DNA of 64,000 nt from a virus (IMGVR_UViG_3300048861_000178:64001-128000); one strand, 5' to 3'; shown: positions 1 through 9,952, counted from the first letter of the stretch. Notes: a model not told the origin generated them from the letters alone. Made by a program: numbers and translations.

Positions 1-525
1 GCGCGTGCGCAACACGTCGAGGAGCTGATCAAGCCCGCGTTGGATGCAGGCTACATCGTGCTCTGCGATCGCTTCTCGATGTCGAGCTACGCGTATCAAC
101 AAGTTGCCCGCGGCCTCGGTCCGGATGTGACGATGCTCGATAACTTCGCCCGTAACGGTGCGTGGCCCGACTTCGTCGCGTATTTCGATGTGGACGTGGA
201 AGAAGGTATTCGTCGCCTGAATGCGCGCGCAGCAGATAACGGCAAGAGCGACCGGATCGATCAGGAAAGCATCGAATTCAAGAAGCGTGTTAACGCAGGG
301 TTCAAGCAAGCCTACGACGAGAAGCTCTTCAAGAACGTCTATCGCGTCGACGCGAACATGACGCCGTTCCTGGTCGAGATTCAAGTCTCCCAGTGGCTGG
401 AGTGGGATGTGCTACCGTGCCACACGGGTGAGAACATGCCGATGTTCGGTTATCCGGACCGGCCTGACCTCTCGCGCTTCGTCAAGGAGTGGATTGAGAA
501 GAGCGAGAAGAGCACGGTGGTTTAG
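1..525 (+). CDS. tmk: Thymidylate kinase (5' end outside window)
   Basis: Frame open from base 1: ARAQHVEELIKPALDAGYIVLCDRFSMSSYAYQ, then PD and DRIDQE motifs typical of dTMP kinases. Confidence 0.92.
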   Translation, partial: ARAQHVEELIKPALDAGYIVLCDRFSMSSYAYQQVARGLGPDVTMLDNFARNGAWPDFVAYFDVDVEEGIRRLNARAADNGKSDRIDQESIEFKKRVNAGFKQAYDEKLFKNVYRVDANMTPFLVEIQVSQWLEWDVLPCHTGENMPMFGYPDRPDLSRFVKEWIEKSEKSTVV

Positions 526-552
526 GCGGGAACAAAAAAAACAAGGAAGAAG

Positions 553-1305
553 ATGGGTACCAATTATAATAGCGGGGTCAGTAATCTGAGTCCCGCTCGC
601 CATCGCCGCCAGAAAGCTCTCGTGGTGGAGCGCACCAATGCTGTCCGTGCCTCTTACGAACGACGGCGTGCCGAACAAGCACAACAAGCACGGGACGCGG
701 CGTTTGATCGGGCTTTGATCCAAGATACGATCTGCAAAATCAAGACCGCCCTCAACTTCACAGTCTCGGAATGCGAGCGCCCGGTCTGGCCTTCCGGCGA
801 TCATCGCCATCCCAAGATATTGAAGCAGGCTTTCGTTGATTACGCCATGCGGTACTTCGATCCGGCGCAGAGCGAAGAGTCTTTTCACGAGCAACTTCAG
901 TATTTCACGGCTTCCTGGCAGATCCAGCAGTGGGTAGGTGCTCGTTACACTCTCGTCGAGCGTATCGAGTTTGATGGGCCGTGGTACCGAACGCCGAATC
1001 GACACGACAAGCAGTATCCGTATTGGGCCGATGTAGCCTACTATCTCGACATGTCACGCATCGAGCTGGTAGTGCCCGAGGAAGACAAGGAGGGTCTGGA
1101 AGAAAGCTCTCACTGGCGCTACCTTAGGCTTAAGCCTGTCTCGTTGTCATGCGCCGCGCCGGTAGATCGCGAGACCATCGATACGGTCTACCAGCAGGTC
1201 TTCAGTCCCGAAGTTCAGTTGGCGATGGCAGATAAGATCCAGGGTTACGTGCCCGGTGAAATGTGGTGGAATCGCCTGTGGCGCTTCCTGACCTTTTGGA
1301 AATAG
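553..1305 (+). CDS. Hypothetical protein
   Basis: 250 aa ORF with AAGGA RBS. Confidence 0.75.
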   Translation: MGTNYNSGVSNLSPARHRRQKALVVERTNAVRASYERRRAEQAQQARDAAFDRALIQDTICKIKTALNFTVSECERPVWPSGDHRHPKILKQAFVDYAMRYFDPAQSEESFHEQLQYFTASWQIQQWVGARYTLVERIEFDGPWYRTPNRHDKQYPYWADVAYYLDMSRIELVVPEEDKEGLEESSHWRYLRLKPVSLSCAAPVDRETIDTVYQQVFSPEVQLAMADKIQGYVPGEMWWNRLWRFLTFWK

Positions 1306-1315
1306 GAGAGTAGTC

Positions 1316-2494
1316 GTGTCAGAACAACAACAGGGTCGCATGACCTACGAGGAAGCGAACGCAGCCAAGTCGGTAGGTTACATCTACACATGTCGCACGG
1401 TGCAGAACAATCTTGCCCCCGTGATGATGGAGCATATCGCGCTGGGCACACCGGAAGCCGCCACGGGTACGACAGGGGTCTATCGCGAAGAAGTAGTCAA
1501 TGCACTCAAGGCCCAGATCGCGCACCTGGAAGGATACATCGAAGGCCTGAACACAGCACTTGAAATTCGCAACCAGGCCCTCGCTGAAGCGCGCAATCGC
1601 ACGTTCACCGAACCCGGCTGGTTCCTGCCCAAGGAAATGGTGACGGACAACGTCGGTATCTCGCTGGACCATCTGATCAACAAGGCCAAGCACACTTCGA
1701 TCGTCAATGTCGTGGTCGCGCCAGGTCAACCCTACGAGATCGTCTATGAGGCCGATTGGGTCAAATATCTGCGCAAAGTCGAGCCGTCAGCCATTAAGGA
1801 CGATCAAACCTGGATCGTTAAGCTGGGTTCAGCCGTGGCCAGTTTGCACGAGCCCGTTCTGATCCATCGGCTGACCGTCACCAAGCTCGAGGAGATGGTC
1901 AAACGCATGATGGAACGTTGCGGGCATCCGGAAAGCCGTAGTGTGTACGAGGCGTTCATGCAGTTGGCGAACGAAATCACCTACGGCAGTATTTCGCTGG
2001 AAAGCGCAGTGCAGGAGGCTGCAGGGACGAACGGTAATCCTCACGCCGTGTCTGCTGAGCGCTTGGCAGGCAATGCTTCGGCCCAGTCGGACTGTGCTGA
2101 TCCGAAGAACTGCTGCACACGTAACCGACCGCTCAATGATCAGGACTGCAAACGCAAGCCGTCGATCGTAAATGCGGCTCCGGAGCAAGTCAAGGTCCAC
2201 ACGGATCTCGGCGTACCGGATGTCAGCAGCAGGGAATTCACCTGTGCGGAATGTCCGAACCAAGCCGTGCTGGAAGGCTGCTGCGGACGCAACACGCTCG
2301 TCTATCCGGAGCAAACCAAACCAGTCTACGCTGTCTCAGCATTGACGGACCCGACCACGATCCAGAAGGCCGTGGTCATGGGGATGGTTGGCACCCCGAA
2401 GCAGCAGGAAGAAGCGCGTGAATTCCTCGCGCAGCATATCCAACTGGTCAACGATTATCCCGTGACCATGAGTACGGCGATGCAAAGGCAGTAA
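1316..2494 (+). CDS. Hypothetical protein with Cys-rich C-terminal region
   Basis: 392 aa, GTG start after GGAG; CADPKNCC and CAEC..CCG clusters. Confidence 0.75.
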   Translation: MSEQQQGRMTYEEANAAKSVGYIYTCRTVQNNLAPVMMEHIALGTPEAATGTTGVYREEVVNALKAQIAHLEGYIEGLNTALEIRNQALAEARNRTFTEPGWFLPKEMVTDNVGISLDHLINKAKHTSIVNVVVAPGQPYEIVYEADWVKYLRKVEPSAIKDDQTWIVKLGSAVASLHEPVLIHRLTVTKLEEMVKRMMERCGHPESRSVYEAFMQLANEITYGSISLESAVQEAAGTNGNPHAVSAERLAGNASAQSDCADPKNCCTRNRPLNDQDCKRKPSIVNAAPEQVKVHTDLGVPDVSSREFTCAECPNQAVLEGCCGRNTLVYPEQTKPVYAVSALTDPTTIQKAVVMGMVGTPKQQEEAREFLAQHIQLVNDYPVTMSTAMQRQ

Positions 2495-2543
2495 AACGTC
2501 AAGCAGTATGTGTAACCCCATCACGTTAGGAAGTTAATTAGAA

Positions 2544-4298
2544 ATGGAACAAGTGCAAGCTGGTTCGACCGGCACCACAAAGCCGTTCACGCAGTACGAC
2601 GCCGATTACAAGGCGCTCGTGAAGCACATGCAGCGTACGCTCGACCAGCGTCTGTCCGAAGGCCGCTCGTCGCTCTTCCGCACCAAGACGGAAATGAAGC
2701 CGACTCCGCAAATGGTCGAGAACAAGATTTCGGTGGACGTGACGCTCAATCACGTCTATCTGGGCGCACTGACTGAAGACGAGCGCGCCTACCATACCTG
2801 CTCGTGCTGCGCCTCGTTCATGAAGCACTACGCAGGTACTGTCATGATCGACAAGGACGGCAAGACGAAATCCGTCCTGTGGGATTCGACGACGTTCCCG
2901 ACGGATAACTACTACTTCACGCTCGTCGAGCGCATGCAAGAAGTCGTGGAATCGGGTCGCGTGGTTGGTCCCTTCAAGGACAACAAGCAGATCTGGGGCG
3001 CGTACGAAAAGGGCGGCTTCGAGCACTTCGCGATTATGGTGCCCTCGATGCTGCAGCACACCGGTCGTCTCACGCCGCGCCAGCGTCAGGCCCAGCTGCG
3101 TGAAGACTACAAGCTGATGGCGAAGTTCTTCGAGACCGAGAAGGGGTCGGTCGCCACGCTCAAGAAGCTCATGCAGATCATCGAAGCGGAAGTTCTCAGC
3201 GGCGACGAACTGATCGAAGGCTCGGGTCGTTGGCTCTACGAAACGGCCGTCGAACGCGCCGCGGAAAAGAACAGCCGCGCTCGCGAGAACAAGCTCTGGC
3301 GTGCCGTGTCGGCTGCAGCCGCTGGTTGGGCCCACCCGAACAATACCGTGGTCGGTACGGTGCTGGACGATCTGCTCGAAGGCAAGTCGTTCGAGGTGAT
3401 CAAGAAGAAGTTTGGCGCCAAGACGCGGGCTGACGTCTACAACCGTCCGGTTGCAGCACCCACGATGAACCAGCTCCAGATCGCGGAAAAGCGCATCGCC
3501 GAGCTGGGCATGCAGCAGTCGCTGCGTCGTCGCGTGGCCTACCTCGAAGACATCCCGAAGGATGCGTTCCACTGGGATGCGCGTGATCTGCTGAACTTCA
3601 CGCCCGCTGCAGAAGAGCGCCCGGCTGGGGTGTTCGCTCACCTGGCACCGAAGACGAAGGATGTCATCGACACACAGCAAGAAGACCTCAAGCTGCCGCC
3701 GGTGACGATGTCGTGGAACAAGTTCCAGGCTGAAGTCCTCCCCAAGGCGCTGGACATCGAAATCTACATCCCGTGGGCAGCGGACTTCTTCACTGGCATG
3801 GCAACGGCGGCGGATCTGGAAGCACCGCCGATCCTGATGTACGATTTCGACGACTACCGCAACCCGATGTCGATGTACCAGCGTTCGTCGAAGGACTTCC
3901 GCGATCGCCTGATCGGCACCACGCCCGACATCTGGAACCTGACGAACAATCAGTACCACAAGGTGCAGGGGATCGTCAAGGCGCCGCACATGTTTGGCAC
4001 GGCTGTGTTCCCGCAACTGGGTGAGCAGGCGCTTTTCATCATCGAAGGTGCGTACGACAAGCAAAACGAGCGGGGCGATAAGGGCATTGCGCTCTTCCCG
4101 CAACTGCTCAAGCAAGATCTGTACGACATCTCGCGCGTGGTGGAAACGTATTCCAACGAAGCTGTCTTCGAAGGCGACGTGAAGCGTCAAGCGTGTGGCC
4201 TCATGGTTGTGAAGAACGGCAACGCACAACAACACCGCCGTCTGAAGGTGAAGACCGAGTTCGGCGATCGCACGATCATCATCGACCGTTGGGAGTAA
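2544..4298 (+). CDS. Conserved phage protein of unknown function (HxCxCC motif)
   Basis: 584 aa, strong codon bias, YHTCSCCASFM motif, followed by a terminator. Confidence 0.85.
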   Translation: MEQVQAGSTGTTKPFTQYDADYKALVKHMQRTLDQRLSEGRSSLFRTKTEMKPTPQMVENKISVDVTLNHVYLGALTEDERAYHTCSCCASFMKHYAGTVMIDKDGKTKSVLWDSTTFPTDNYYFTLVERMQEVVESGRVVGPFKDNKQIWGAYEKGGFEHFAIMVPSMLQHTGRLTPRQRQAQLREDYKLMAKFFETEKGSVATLKKLMQIIEAEVLSGDELIEGSGRWLYETAVERAAEKNSRARENKLWRAVSAAAAGWAHPNNTVVGTVLDDLLEGKSFEVIKKKFGAKTRADVYNRPVAAPTMNQLQIAEKRIAELGMQQSLRRRVAYLEDIPKDAFHWDARDLLNFTPAAEERPAGVFAHLAPKTKDVIDTQQEDLKLPPVTMSWNKFQAEVLPKALDIEIYIPWAADFFTGMATAADLEAPPILMYDFDDYRNPMSMYQRSSKDFRDRLIGTTPDIWNLTNNQYHKVQGIVKAPHMFGTAVFPQLGEQALFIIEGAYDKQNERGDKGIALFPQLLKQDLYDISRVVETYSNEAVFEGDVKRQACGLMVVKNGNAQQHRRLKVKTEFGDRTIIIDRWE

Positions 4299-4310
4299 TC
4301 CCTAACTGAG

Positions 4311-4334
4311 GAGAGGGCTTCGGCCCTCTCTTTT
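4311..4334 (+). terminator. Intrinsic terminator
   Basis: GAGAGGGC-TTCG-GCCCTCTC followed by TTTT. Confidence 0.9.
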
Positions 4335-4355
4335 ATTTCCTTTTAGGATGCGCTC

Positions 4356-4826
4356 ATGTGGTTTTACGTGGGACTAGGCATGTTTGCAGTGGGTCTTACC
4401 CTTCTGAGTTGTTTTGGGATCACGCAGGAAGAGCACAAGCAAGGCAAGCCGTATACCGCCAGTGACCGCGTGGGTTCTTTCTTGTTTCTGTCGGGCTGTT
4501 GTATTACCGGCGCCACCTTAGTCTGGTGGTTCGCGCAGTTCCTGCTGAGTCTGGCGCAACAACTTTTTTACGGCGTAGAGGCAGCTTATGCCGACACCCC
4601 GCTCGAACGTTGTGCGCTGGTGTCCTTTAGTAGCGCACTTTTCTTTCTGTTGGCGTTACTGTGTTGCTTTCGGGCAGAAGGCCAATTTCGTCAGTATCGT
4701 CGATCCGATCACGCCCGCGCGCGGCGTATCCGGACAAGACATTTTCATTACGCTGGAGTTTTGATCCGCTTCGGACAGCTCGCGCTCTTAAGTAGCGTGC
4801 TGCTCTTCGTGCTCAAACACTTATGA
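4356..4826 (+). CDS. Membrane protein
   Basis: About 4 hydrophobic segments. Confidence 0.7.
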   Translation: MWFYVGLGMFAVGLTLLSCFGITQEEHKQGKPYTASDRVGSFLFLSGCCITGATLVWWFAQFLLSLAQQLFYGVEAAYADTPLERCALVSFSSALFFLLALLCCFRAEGQFRQYRRSDHARARRIRTRHFHYAGVLIRFGQLALLSSVLLFVLKHL

Positions 4827-5008
4827 TCTTTTTCCCCCTCTTTTCGATTTTCGTTCTCTCCTTCATCGTGTTCGCTGTGTGCGCCATGCGTGAAGAGAAG
4901 TCCCGGATAGTTTGTCGGGTAGAAACCAGCGCGCTCATGACGACGCTGGTCAGCTTTGCCAGCATCCTCGTTTGGGTGGTGACAGAGTCAATGAACAAAG
5001 TCGGATAA
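4823..5008 (+). CDS. Small membrane protein
   Basis: 61 aa, two hydrophobic stretches, ATGA overlap. Confidence 0.6.
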   Translation: MIFFPLFSIFVLSFIVFAVCAMREEKSRIVCRVETSALMTTLVSFASILVWVVTESMNKVG

Positions 5009-5021
5009 CCAAGGATTAGTA

Positions 5022-6902
5022 ATGACTAAGCTTGTCATCATCGCTGCGCGCGACCGTAACAGTGTAATTGGTTTGAACAACCAACTTCCCTGGCACCTGC
5101 CGGAGGACTTGGCGTACTTTAAGCGCATCACGACGGGCAAACCCGTCATCATGGGGCGCAAGACGCACGAGTCCATCGGCTTCGCTTTGCCGGGTCGCGA
5201 GAACATTATCGTGACCACCAAAGCGACCGCGCAGTTTAGAGGGTGTCTGACCGCAGGCTCGCTCGAAGCCGCGATCGAGTACTGTAAGTACCGCGGTGAG
5301 GAAGAGATGTTTCTCATCGGCGGCGCAACCCTCTATGAACAAGCTTTACCCAAAGCCGACAAACTGCTCATCACCGAGATTGATCGAGAGTTTGAAGGTG
5401 ATGCGTTCTTTCCAGCCATTTCTTCGACCAAGTGGGCTGAGACCCGGCGCGAAGATCACACCTCGGGCATTCACGGCATCAAGTACAGTTTCGTCACTTA
5501 CGAGCCTGTCGATGTAGTGCAGGAGCGTGAGCGGGCGGAACAGGCGAAGCGTTTGCTTTCACCCCAAGAGCGCTGGACGAGTGAGTTTCTCGCCCAGATG
5601 CTTTCCCATCGATCGATTCACAAAAACAAAGGAACCACGATGAAGACCTATAAACACCCCGGACACATCCTTGCTATCGACAAGGACTTCACGGACAACT
5701 TGCCTGGCATGGGACTCACGCACGGCCTCACGCGCCTAAGCGCCGAGGAGTACAAGACGTGGCTCTCGATCGTCGGCGCAGAGACGGTCATCCGTCAGCG
5801 CGATGGCTTGGAAGCCAATCCGTTCTATCGTCAGCTGCTGCCGTATTCGCCAGTCGTGTTTCAGGACGACGAAGCTTTCCGCCAGGGCTTGCCGATTAAC
5901 TGGGAAACCGACGAGCTCTCTTCGTATCAGCGCACCAAGAAGGTCGGCGAAGAGCGACTCGGCGGCAAGTTCTCGGTGGGCTACGGTGGGCACGTCGACT
6001 ATCTGGACGTCAAAGTGAACGACCAGTCAGTGCTCGACACCGAAACGACCATCAACACCAACCTGCAACGCGAAGTCGCAGGCGAAGAACTCATTTTTGT
6101 CGACGCCGACGGCCTCACCGCCACCCCGCTCAATACGCCGTCGCTGTTTCGCTTCGAACACCTGGGCTTCATCCGTGACGACAGCGATAACGTCGGCAAG
6201 GTGCACTTGGGTCTCGTGAACCTGATCGTCGTGCCCAAGTCGCTCAAGGCGCGTGTGGCCGAAGAAGAACTGAAGGACGGCCCGCGTGGCACGGTCAAGG
6301 AACTGCTCGCTGCTGGCCTGAAGTTCGAGAACTGGTCGCGCATCGTGCTCGAAGCACTGGCAGGTGTGGAATCGACGGTGCAGCCCGCGCAAGTTCGTCC
6401 GTCGATCTTCGATCCGGTCACCCACCAGTATTACATCGAAGCGAAGGAAGACGACAAGATCACCGAACTGGCGATCGAGTTCCACACCACAGTCGCTCAG
6501 CTGCGCCGAATGAACCTGCATCTGCTGGGTACCGGTCCGATTCCGGCAGGCTTGCGCGTGAACGTGCCGCAGCCGGATGACGAACTGCCGATGGTGTCAG
6601 CCCCGCATGTGACGCTCGAAGCCATCAGCAATGTCACCAACATCGAAGACGCACGCGCGCGCATGACGGTCAAGGTGCTGCAGATGGTGCTGTCGCTCAC
6701 CGGTGACGATCTGGCCGATCACTCGATGCGTTACTACGTGACCGAAGACATGGCCGCTCGCCTGCTCAAGCTCGACGAACGTGTCCAGGCACTGATCGAC
6801 GCGAAGGTGGTGATCGTCGTGGCGGCGGATACGCCGGTGGTGATCAATGGGAACCTGAATATCTCGGGGGACCTCATCGGCGCTGACGAGCCGACGCTGT
6901 AA
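5022..6902 (+). CDS. folA: Dihydrofolate reductase fused in frame to a COG4112-type Nudix hydrolase and a LysM-like domain
   Basis: aa 1-160: VIGLNNQLPWHLPEDLAYFK, IMGRKT, IGGATLY, GDAFFP. Then YRQLLPY, GEERL, SVGYGGHV, REVAGEE, VGKVHLG. LysM-like EDDKITELAIEFHTTVAQLRRMN..IPAGLRVNVP. Internal RBS and ATG at 5640. Confidence 0.85.
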   Translation: MTKLVIIAARDRNSVIGLNNQLPWHLPEDLAYFKRITTGKPVIMGRKTHESIGFALPGRENIIVTTKATAQFRGCLTAGSLEAAIEYCKYRGEEEMFLIGGATLYEQALPKADKLLITEIDREFEGDAFFPAISSTKWAETRREDHTSGIHGIKYSFVTYEPVDVVQERERAEQAKRLLSPQERWTSEFLAQMLSHRSIHKNKGTTMKTYKHPGHILAIDKDFTDNLPGMGLTHGLTRLSAEEYKTWLSIVGAETVIRQRDGLEANPFYRQLLPYSPVVFQDDEAFRQGLPINWETDELSSYQRTKKVGEERLGGKFSVGYGGHVDYLDVKVNDQSVLDTETTINTNLQREVAGEELIFVDADGLTATPLNTPSLFRFEHLGFIRDDSDNVGKVHLGLVNLIVVPKSLKARVAEEELKDGPRGTVKELLAAGLKFENWSRIVLEALAGVESTVQPAQVRPSIFDPVTHQYYIEAKEDDKITELAIEFHTTVAQLRRMNLHLLGTGPIPAGLRVNVPQPDDELPMVSAPHVTLEAISNVTNIEDARARMTVKVLQMVLSLTGDDLADHSMRYYVTEDMAARLLKLDERVQALIDAKVVIVVAADTPVVINGNLNISGDLIGADEPTL

Positions 6903-6970
6903 CATGCCGGGACACTGTTGTATGTCTATGCAGTGTCCCATCTACCTTAACAGCAAGGATTGTAGTAGCA

Positions 6971-7297
6971 ATGAGCGAAATCATCAAAAACGCTTCTGAC
7001 GCAACGTTCGAAGCAGACGTAGTGCAGTCGTCCAAGCCGGTTCTCGTCGACTTCTGGGCACCCTGGTGCGGTCCGTGCAAGACGCTGGTCCCCACGCTTG
7101 CGGACATCGCGCCCGAGTACGCTGAGAAGCTGCAGATCGTGAAAGTGAACGTCGACGAAAACGATGCGATCCCGACCAAGCTCGGCGTGCGCGGTATTCC
7201 CGCACTCTTCATCTACAAGGACGGCGCCATCGTTGCGCAGAAAGCCGGTGCGCTCTCGAAGCAGGCGTTGAAGGCCTGGCTCGATCAGCACGTCTAA
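6971..7297 (+). CDS. trxA: Thioredoxin
   Basis: DFWAPWCGPCK active site, GVRGIP motif, 108 aa. Confidence 0.97.
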   Translation: MSEIIKNASDATFEADVVQSSKPVLVDFWAPWCGPCKTLVPTLADIAPEYAEKLQIVKVNVDENDAIPTKLGVRGIPALFIYKDGAIVAQKAGALSKQALKAWLDQHV

Positions 7298-7339
7298 CCC
7301 GACATCGTGGGGACCTCGCTTTGACGGGCGAGGCTTTTC

Positions 7340-7373
7340 GAGACCAGCTTCGGCTGGTCTCTTTTTTATGCCG
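7340..7373 (+). terminator. Intrinsic terminator with TATGCCG tail
   Basis: GAGACCAGC-TTCG-GCTGGTCTC-TTTTTTATGCCG. Confidence 0.9.
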
Positions 7374-7519
7374 TTGCCCCATTGATTGGACTTAGAATGC
7401 CGCTGGTGGCGTTTCCGAATAAGCCCGTCGTAGAAATCGAACCGCTGTTGGTGGCTGCGGAGCCGCCTACATTGCTGCGTACGGTTTTTGCGTTCATTCA
7501 AGATAGCAAGGAGTAAAGC

Positions 7520-7966
7520 ATGACCGAATTGGTGCGTAAGGAAGATGGTTCGCTCGAAGTGGTGGTGAAGGTACTGGGAGAGCCGGATCAGCTGGGTCGA
7601 GTCTGGAACCCCGAAGCCATGGCCAAAGCCGTGGAGAAGTTCAATGCCCGCGTCGAACGCGGTTGCGCGCATGGGGAGTTGGGTCAACCCGCGCGTTATG
7701 CAGGTCAGTCCCACGAGCAATACAAGGAACGCTGTCAGACCGTGGAGATGGGGAACACCTGCTGTCAAATTACCGGCGTGAAGATCGAAGAGAACAAGGT
7801 GGTTGCCTGCATGAAGCCCGCGGGGCGTTGGAAGGGCTCGCTTGAGCAACTGCTGGAAGATGACGTCCCTGTCACGCTGGGGATTCGCGCAATGTGCGAC
7901 ATTAAAGCGGATGGGGAAGTCAAGGTGAAAGACATCGTCACCTTCGATGTGATCTCACCGACCTGA
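7520..7966 (+). CDS. Prohead-protease-like protein (T4 gp21/phiKZ gp175 family), catalytic residues apparently lost
   Basis: GRVW, HGELGQP, MKPAG, LGIRA, IVTFDVI correspond to family motifs GRxY, GExGHP, KPxGP, SxR, TxD, but the His and Ser are replaced. Confidence 0.7.
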   Translation: MTELVRKEDGSLEVVVKVLGEPDQLGRVWNPEAMAKAVEKFNARVERGCAHGELGQPARYAGQSHEQYKERCQTVEMGNTCCQITGVKIEENKVVACMKPAGRWKGSLEQLLEDDVPVTLGIRAMCDIKADGEVKVKDIVTFDVISPT

Positions 7967-7999
7967 ATCAACCCACATTTCTAAAAACGAGGAATCACC

Positions 8000-8887
8000 A
8001 TGTTCTACACAACTGAGGAAATCCGTCAGACGCTGCTGGCTGATCCGCAATCGTACTTCAGTGTCGCGGTTGCGTTTGCCAAAGAAGAACTGGCTAAGGC
8101 AGGTCATCCGGACCATGAGCCGCACGTTCCGCTCACGGAGTGCTGCTACCACTACATGACGACCAACGAGCAAGGTAACCCGATGGTGATGGGTATCCCG
8201 TGCTGGTTGTACGCGATGCGGGAAAGCGAGGGTGAAAAGATGTTGGCCACTTTCGCGGTCTGGACGGATGTGGCGGATGTAAGCGTGGTGATTCCCGAGA
8301 TTGAAGTGGTGGGTTTTTATGCCGAGAACGCTGTCGGCGAACGCGATCACAGCCGCATGCTCTTCTGTAAGCAGGAGGAGTTTGCAGCGATTCGTCAGAT
8401 CCTGCAGATCGTGCCGGTCAACAAGAAGACCAACCATCTGTCGCTCGTGGTGGATAACGTCAATACGGTCGAAGCGCTGGCGGCCTCGCTCACGACGGAT
8501 GAGACCGTAAATCTCTCCGACACATTGACGCTCGACTACGCGAAGCTCATCGAGCAGTTGGAACTGCATGTCTCGACCAACGTGATGCCGTCGGCAAAAA
8601 CGACTCACTATCGTCATCATGGGGCGATTGCCGTGAAGGCGGAAGACGACGGTCACTTCCTGCGGATTTTGCGCGATCGTGCGAAGAGCGGCTTCTACTA
8701 TCGTGACGCTTTGCGGCGTGGCGAAACCTACGCAGTAATCGCGCTGCGTGAGTATGTTTTCATAGTGGGATTGCGGTCACACTTTGCCATCTGGTCGCCA
8801 ATCGCTGGGGATCGCTTTTACGACATGCATGAGCAGACTTTCACCGTGTTGCGTGAGCCGTTCGTGAAGATCCTGCAGTCACTCTAA
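8000..8887 (+). CDS. Hypothetical protein
   Basis: 295 aa, GAGGA RBS. Confidence 0.8.
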   Translation: MFYTTEEIRQTLLADPQSYFSVAVAFAKEELAKAGHPDHEPHVPLTECCYHYMTTNEQGNPMVMGIPCWLYAMRESEGEKMLATFAVWTDVADVSVVIPEIEVVGFYAENAVGERDHSRMLFCKQEEFAAIRQILQIVPVNKKTNHLSLVVDNVNTVEALAASLTTDETVNLSDTLTLDYAKLIEQLELHVSTNVMPSAKTTHYRHHGAIAVKAEDDGHFLRILRDRAKSGFYYRDALRRGETYAVIALREYVFIVGLRSHFAIWSPIAGDRFYDMHEQTFTVLREPFVKILQSL

Positions 8888-8902
8888 ACAAGGAAACCCG
8901 GA

Positions 8903-9490
8903 ATGAAGACTCAAGAAGAGTTGCAAGCCATCGTGAACCAGCTTCGCGAAGTCTGCAATTTGCACGGCGTGGTACTGTTGCCCGCGCCGGATCAGGAAGC
9001 AGGGGGTTTTGAGATCCTACTGGTGGAGTCGAAAGACATCGCCCAGCTCGATCCGCACTGCATTTACTTTGGCGGTGAAGTCTCGCCCGAGAAGCTCACC
9101 CTTACCAATAAGGTGCTGGACCACTCGCACCGGGTGGACGGCAGTGACAAATCCCTCGATCGGTTTGCCATCAAGGGTATTGGGGACGTGGCAGGGCACA
9201 CCAAGCCGCGTATCGTGGTGTCGGAGTATCACGAGGGCGACACCGATCTCTTTAAGGGCGCAGTGAACGCGGTGGACGTGGAGTCGCTCAGCGACGTCGA
9301 GGACATCCTGTTTGTCAAGCATGCTCGCCTCGGGATCGGCTTCACGCATTTCAGTATCGAGCTCTCGCACGGTCCCTTCGGTGTGCTGGTCGCCCATTAC
9401 CAGGACAGCAAGCCCCTCACCGTCGGCTTTATCGAAGGGGCTCCGGAGGAAGACCTCAAGAAGCACTGGCCGGAGCAACCCAATGCCTAA
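8903..9490 (+). CDS. Hypothetical protein
   Basis: 195 aa, AAGGA RBS. Confidence 0.75.
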   Translation: MKTQEELQAIVNQLREVCNLHGVVLLPAPDQEAGGFEILLVESKDIAQLDPHCIYFGGEVSPEKLTLTNKVLDHSHRVDGSDKSLDRFAIKGIGDVAGHTKPRIVVSEYHEGDTDLFKGAVNAVDVESLSDVEDILFVKHARLGIGFTHFSIELSHGPFGVLVAHYQDSKPLTVGFIEGAPEEDLKKHWPEQPNA

Positions 9491-9896
9491 GATGGTTGAC
9501 GCACTTCTGCCTGAGGGCTTCGATCCCAAACGGTACGTGAAGCATGCGGCTGATACGGAGGCCGTACGCTCTCACGTTCAGCGTTTGCAGACGATGCTGT
9601 TGGAAAAGGATGTCGGCAATAAAGGCTCAGGTCTTGCCTGTGAGCAAGCCATCCTGATCGGCACCCATCAGCATTACAAGGGCGGCATCTATCAGGTGCT
9701 CTTCGAGTGCCCCCATTCGGAGAGCGGTGAAATGCTGGTGGTTCGCAAGCATCTGTGGCCGTACGACTTTTCGATCATGGCGGTGCCGAAGGAGGTCTTC
9801 TTGCAAGACATTGCTCTAGGTGTCCCGCGCTACCGCGTCATCACGGCAGCCGAGAAGGACCACGCCGAAGAGCAACTGAAGAAGAAGTACGCTTAG
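9483..9896 (+). CDS. DUF1653-domain protein
   Basis: GTHQHYKGGIYQVL..HSESGEMLVV motif; ATG at 9483 overlaps the upstream stop. Confidence 0.75.
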   Translation: MPKMVDALLPEGFDPKRYVKHAADTEAVRSHVQRLQTMLLEKDVGNKGSGLACEQAILIGTHQHYKGGIYQVLFECPHSESGEMLVVRKHLWPYDFSIMAVPKEVFLQDIALGVPRYRVITAAEKDHAEEQLKKKYA

Positions 9897-9897
9897 G

Positions 9898-9935
9898 CGG
9901 CATAAGCGGGGCTTAGACCACCCCGCTTTTCTTTT
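9898..9935. terminator. Terminator, possibly bidirectional
   Basis: CGGCAT-AAGCGGGG..CCCCGCTT-TTCTTTT. Confidence 0.7.
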
Positions 9936-9952
9936 AATGTAGGGGAATAAAA

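Noticed and set aside
2538-4235. Long minus-strand ORFs (also 26795..28738, 37115..38308 and others)
   Set aside because: Antisense shadows of codon-biased + strand genes with no RBS or recognisable motifs
7397-7516. 39-aa ORF MPLVAFPNK
   Set aside because: Weak RBS and no motif; may be a 5' UTR
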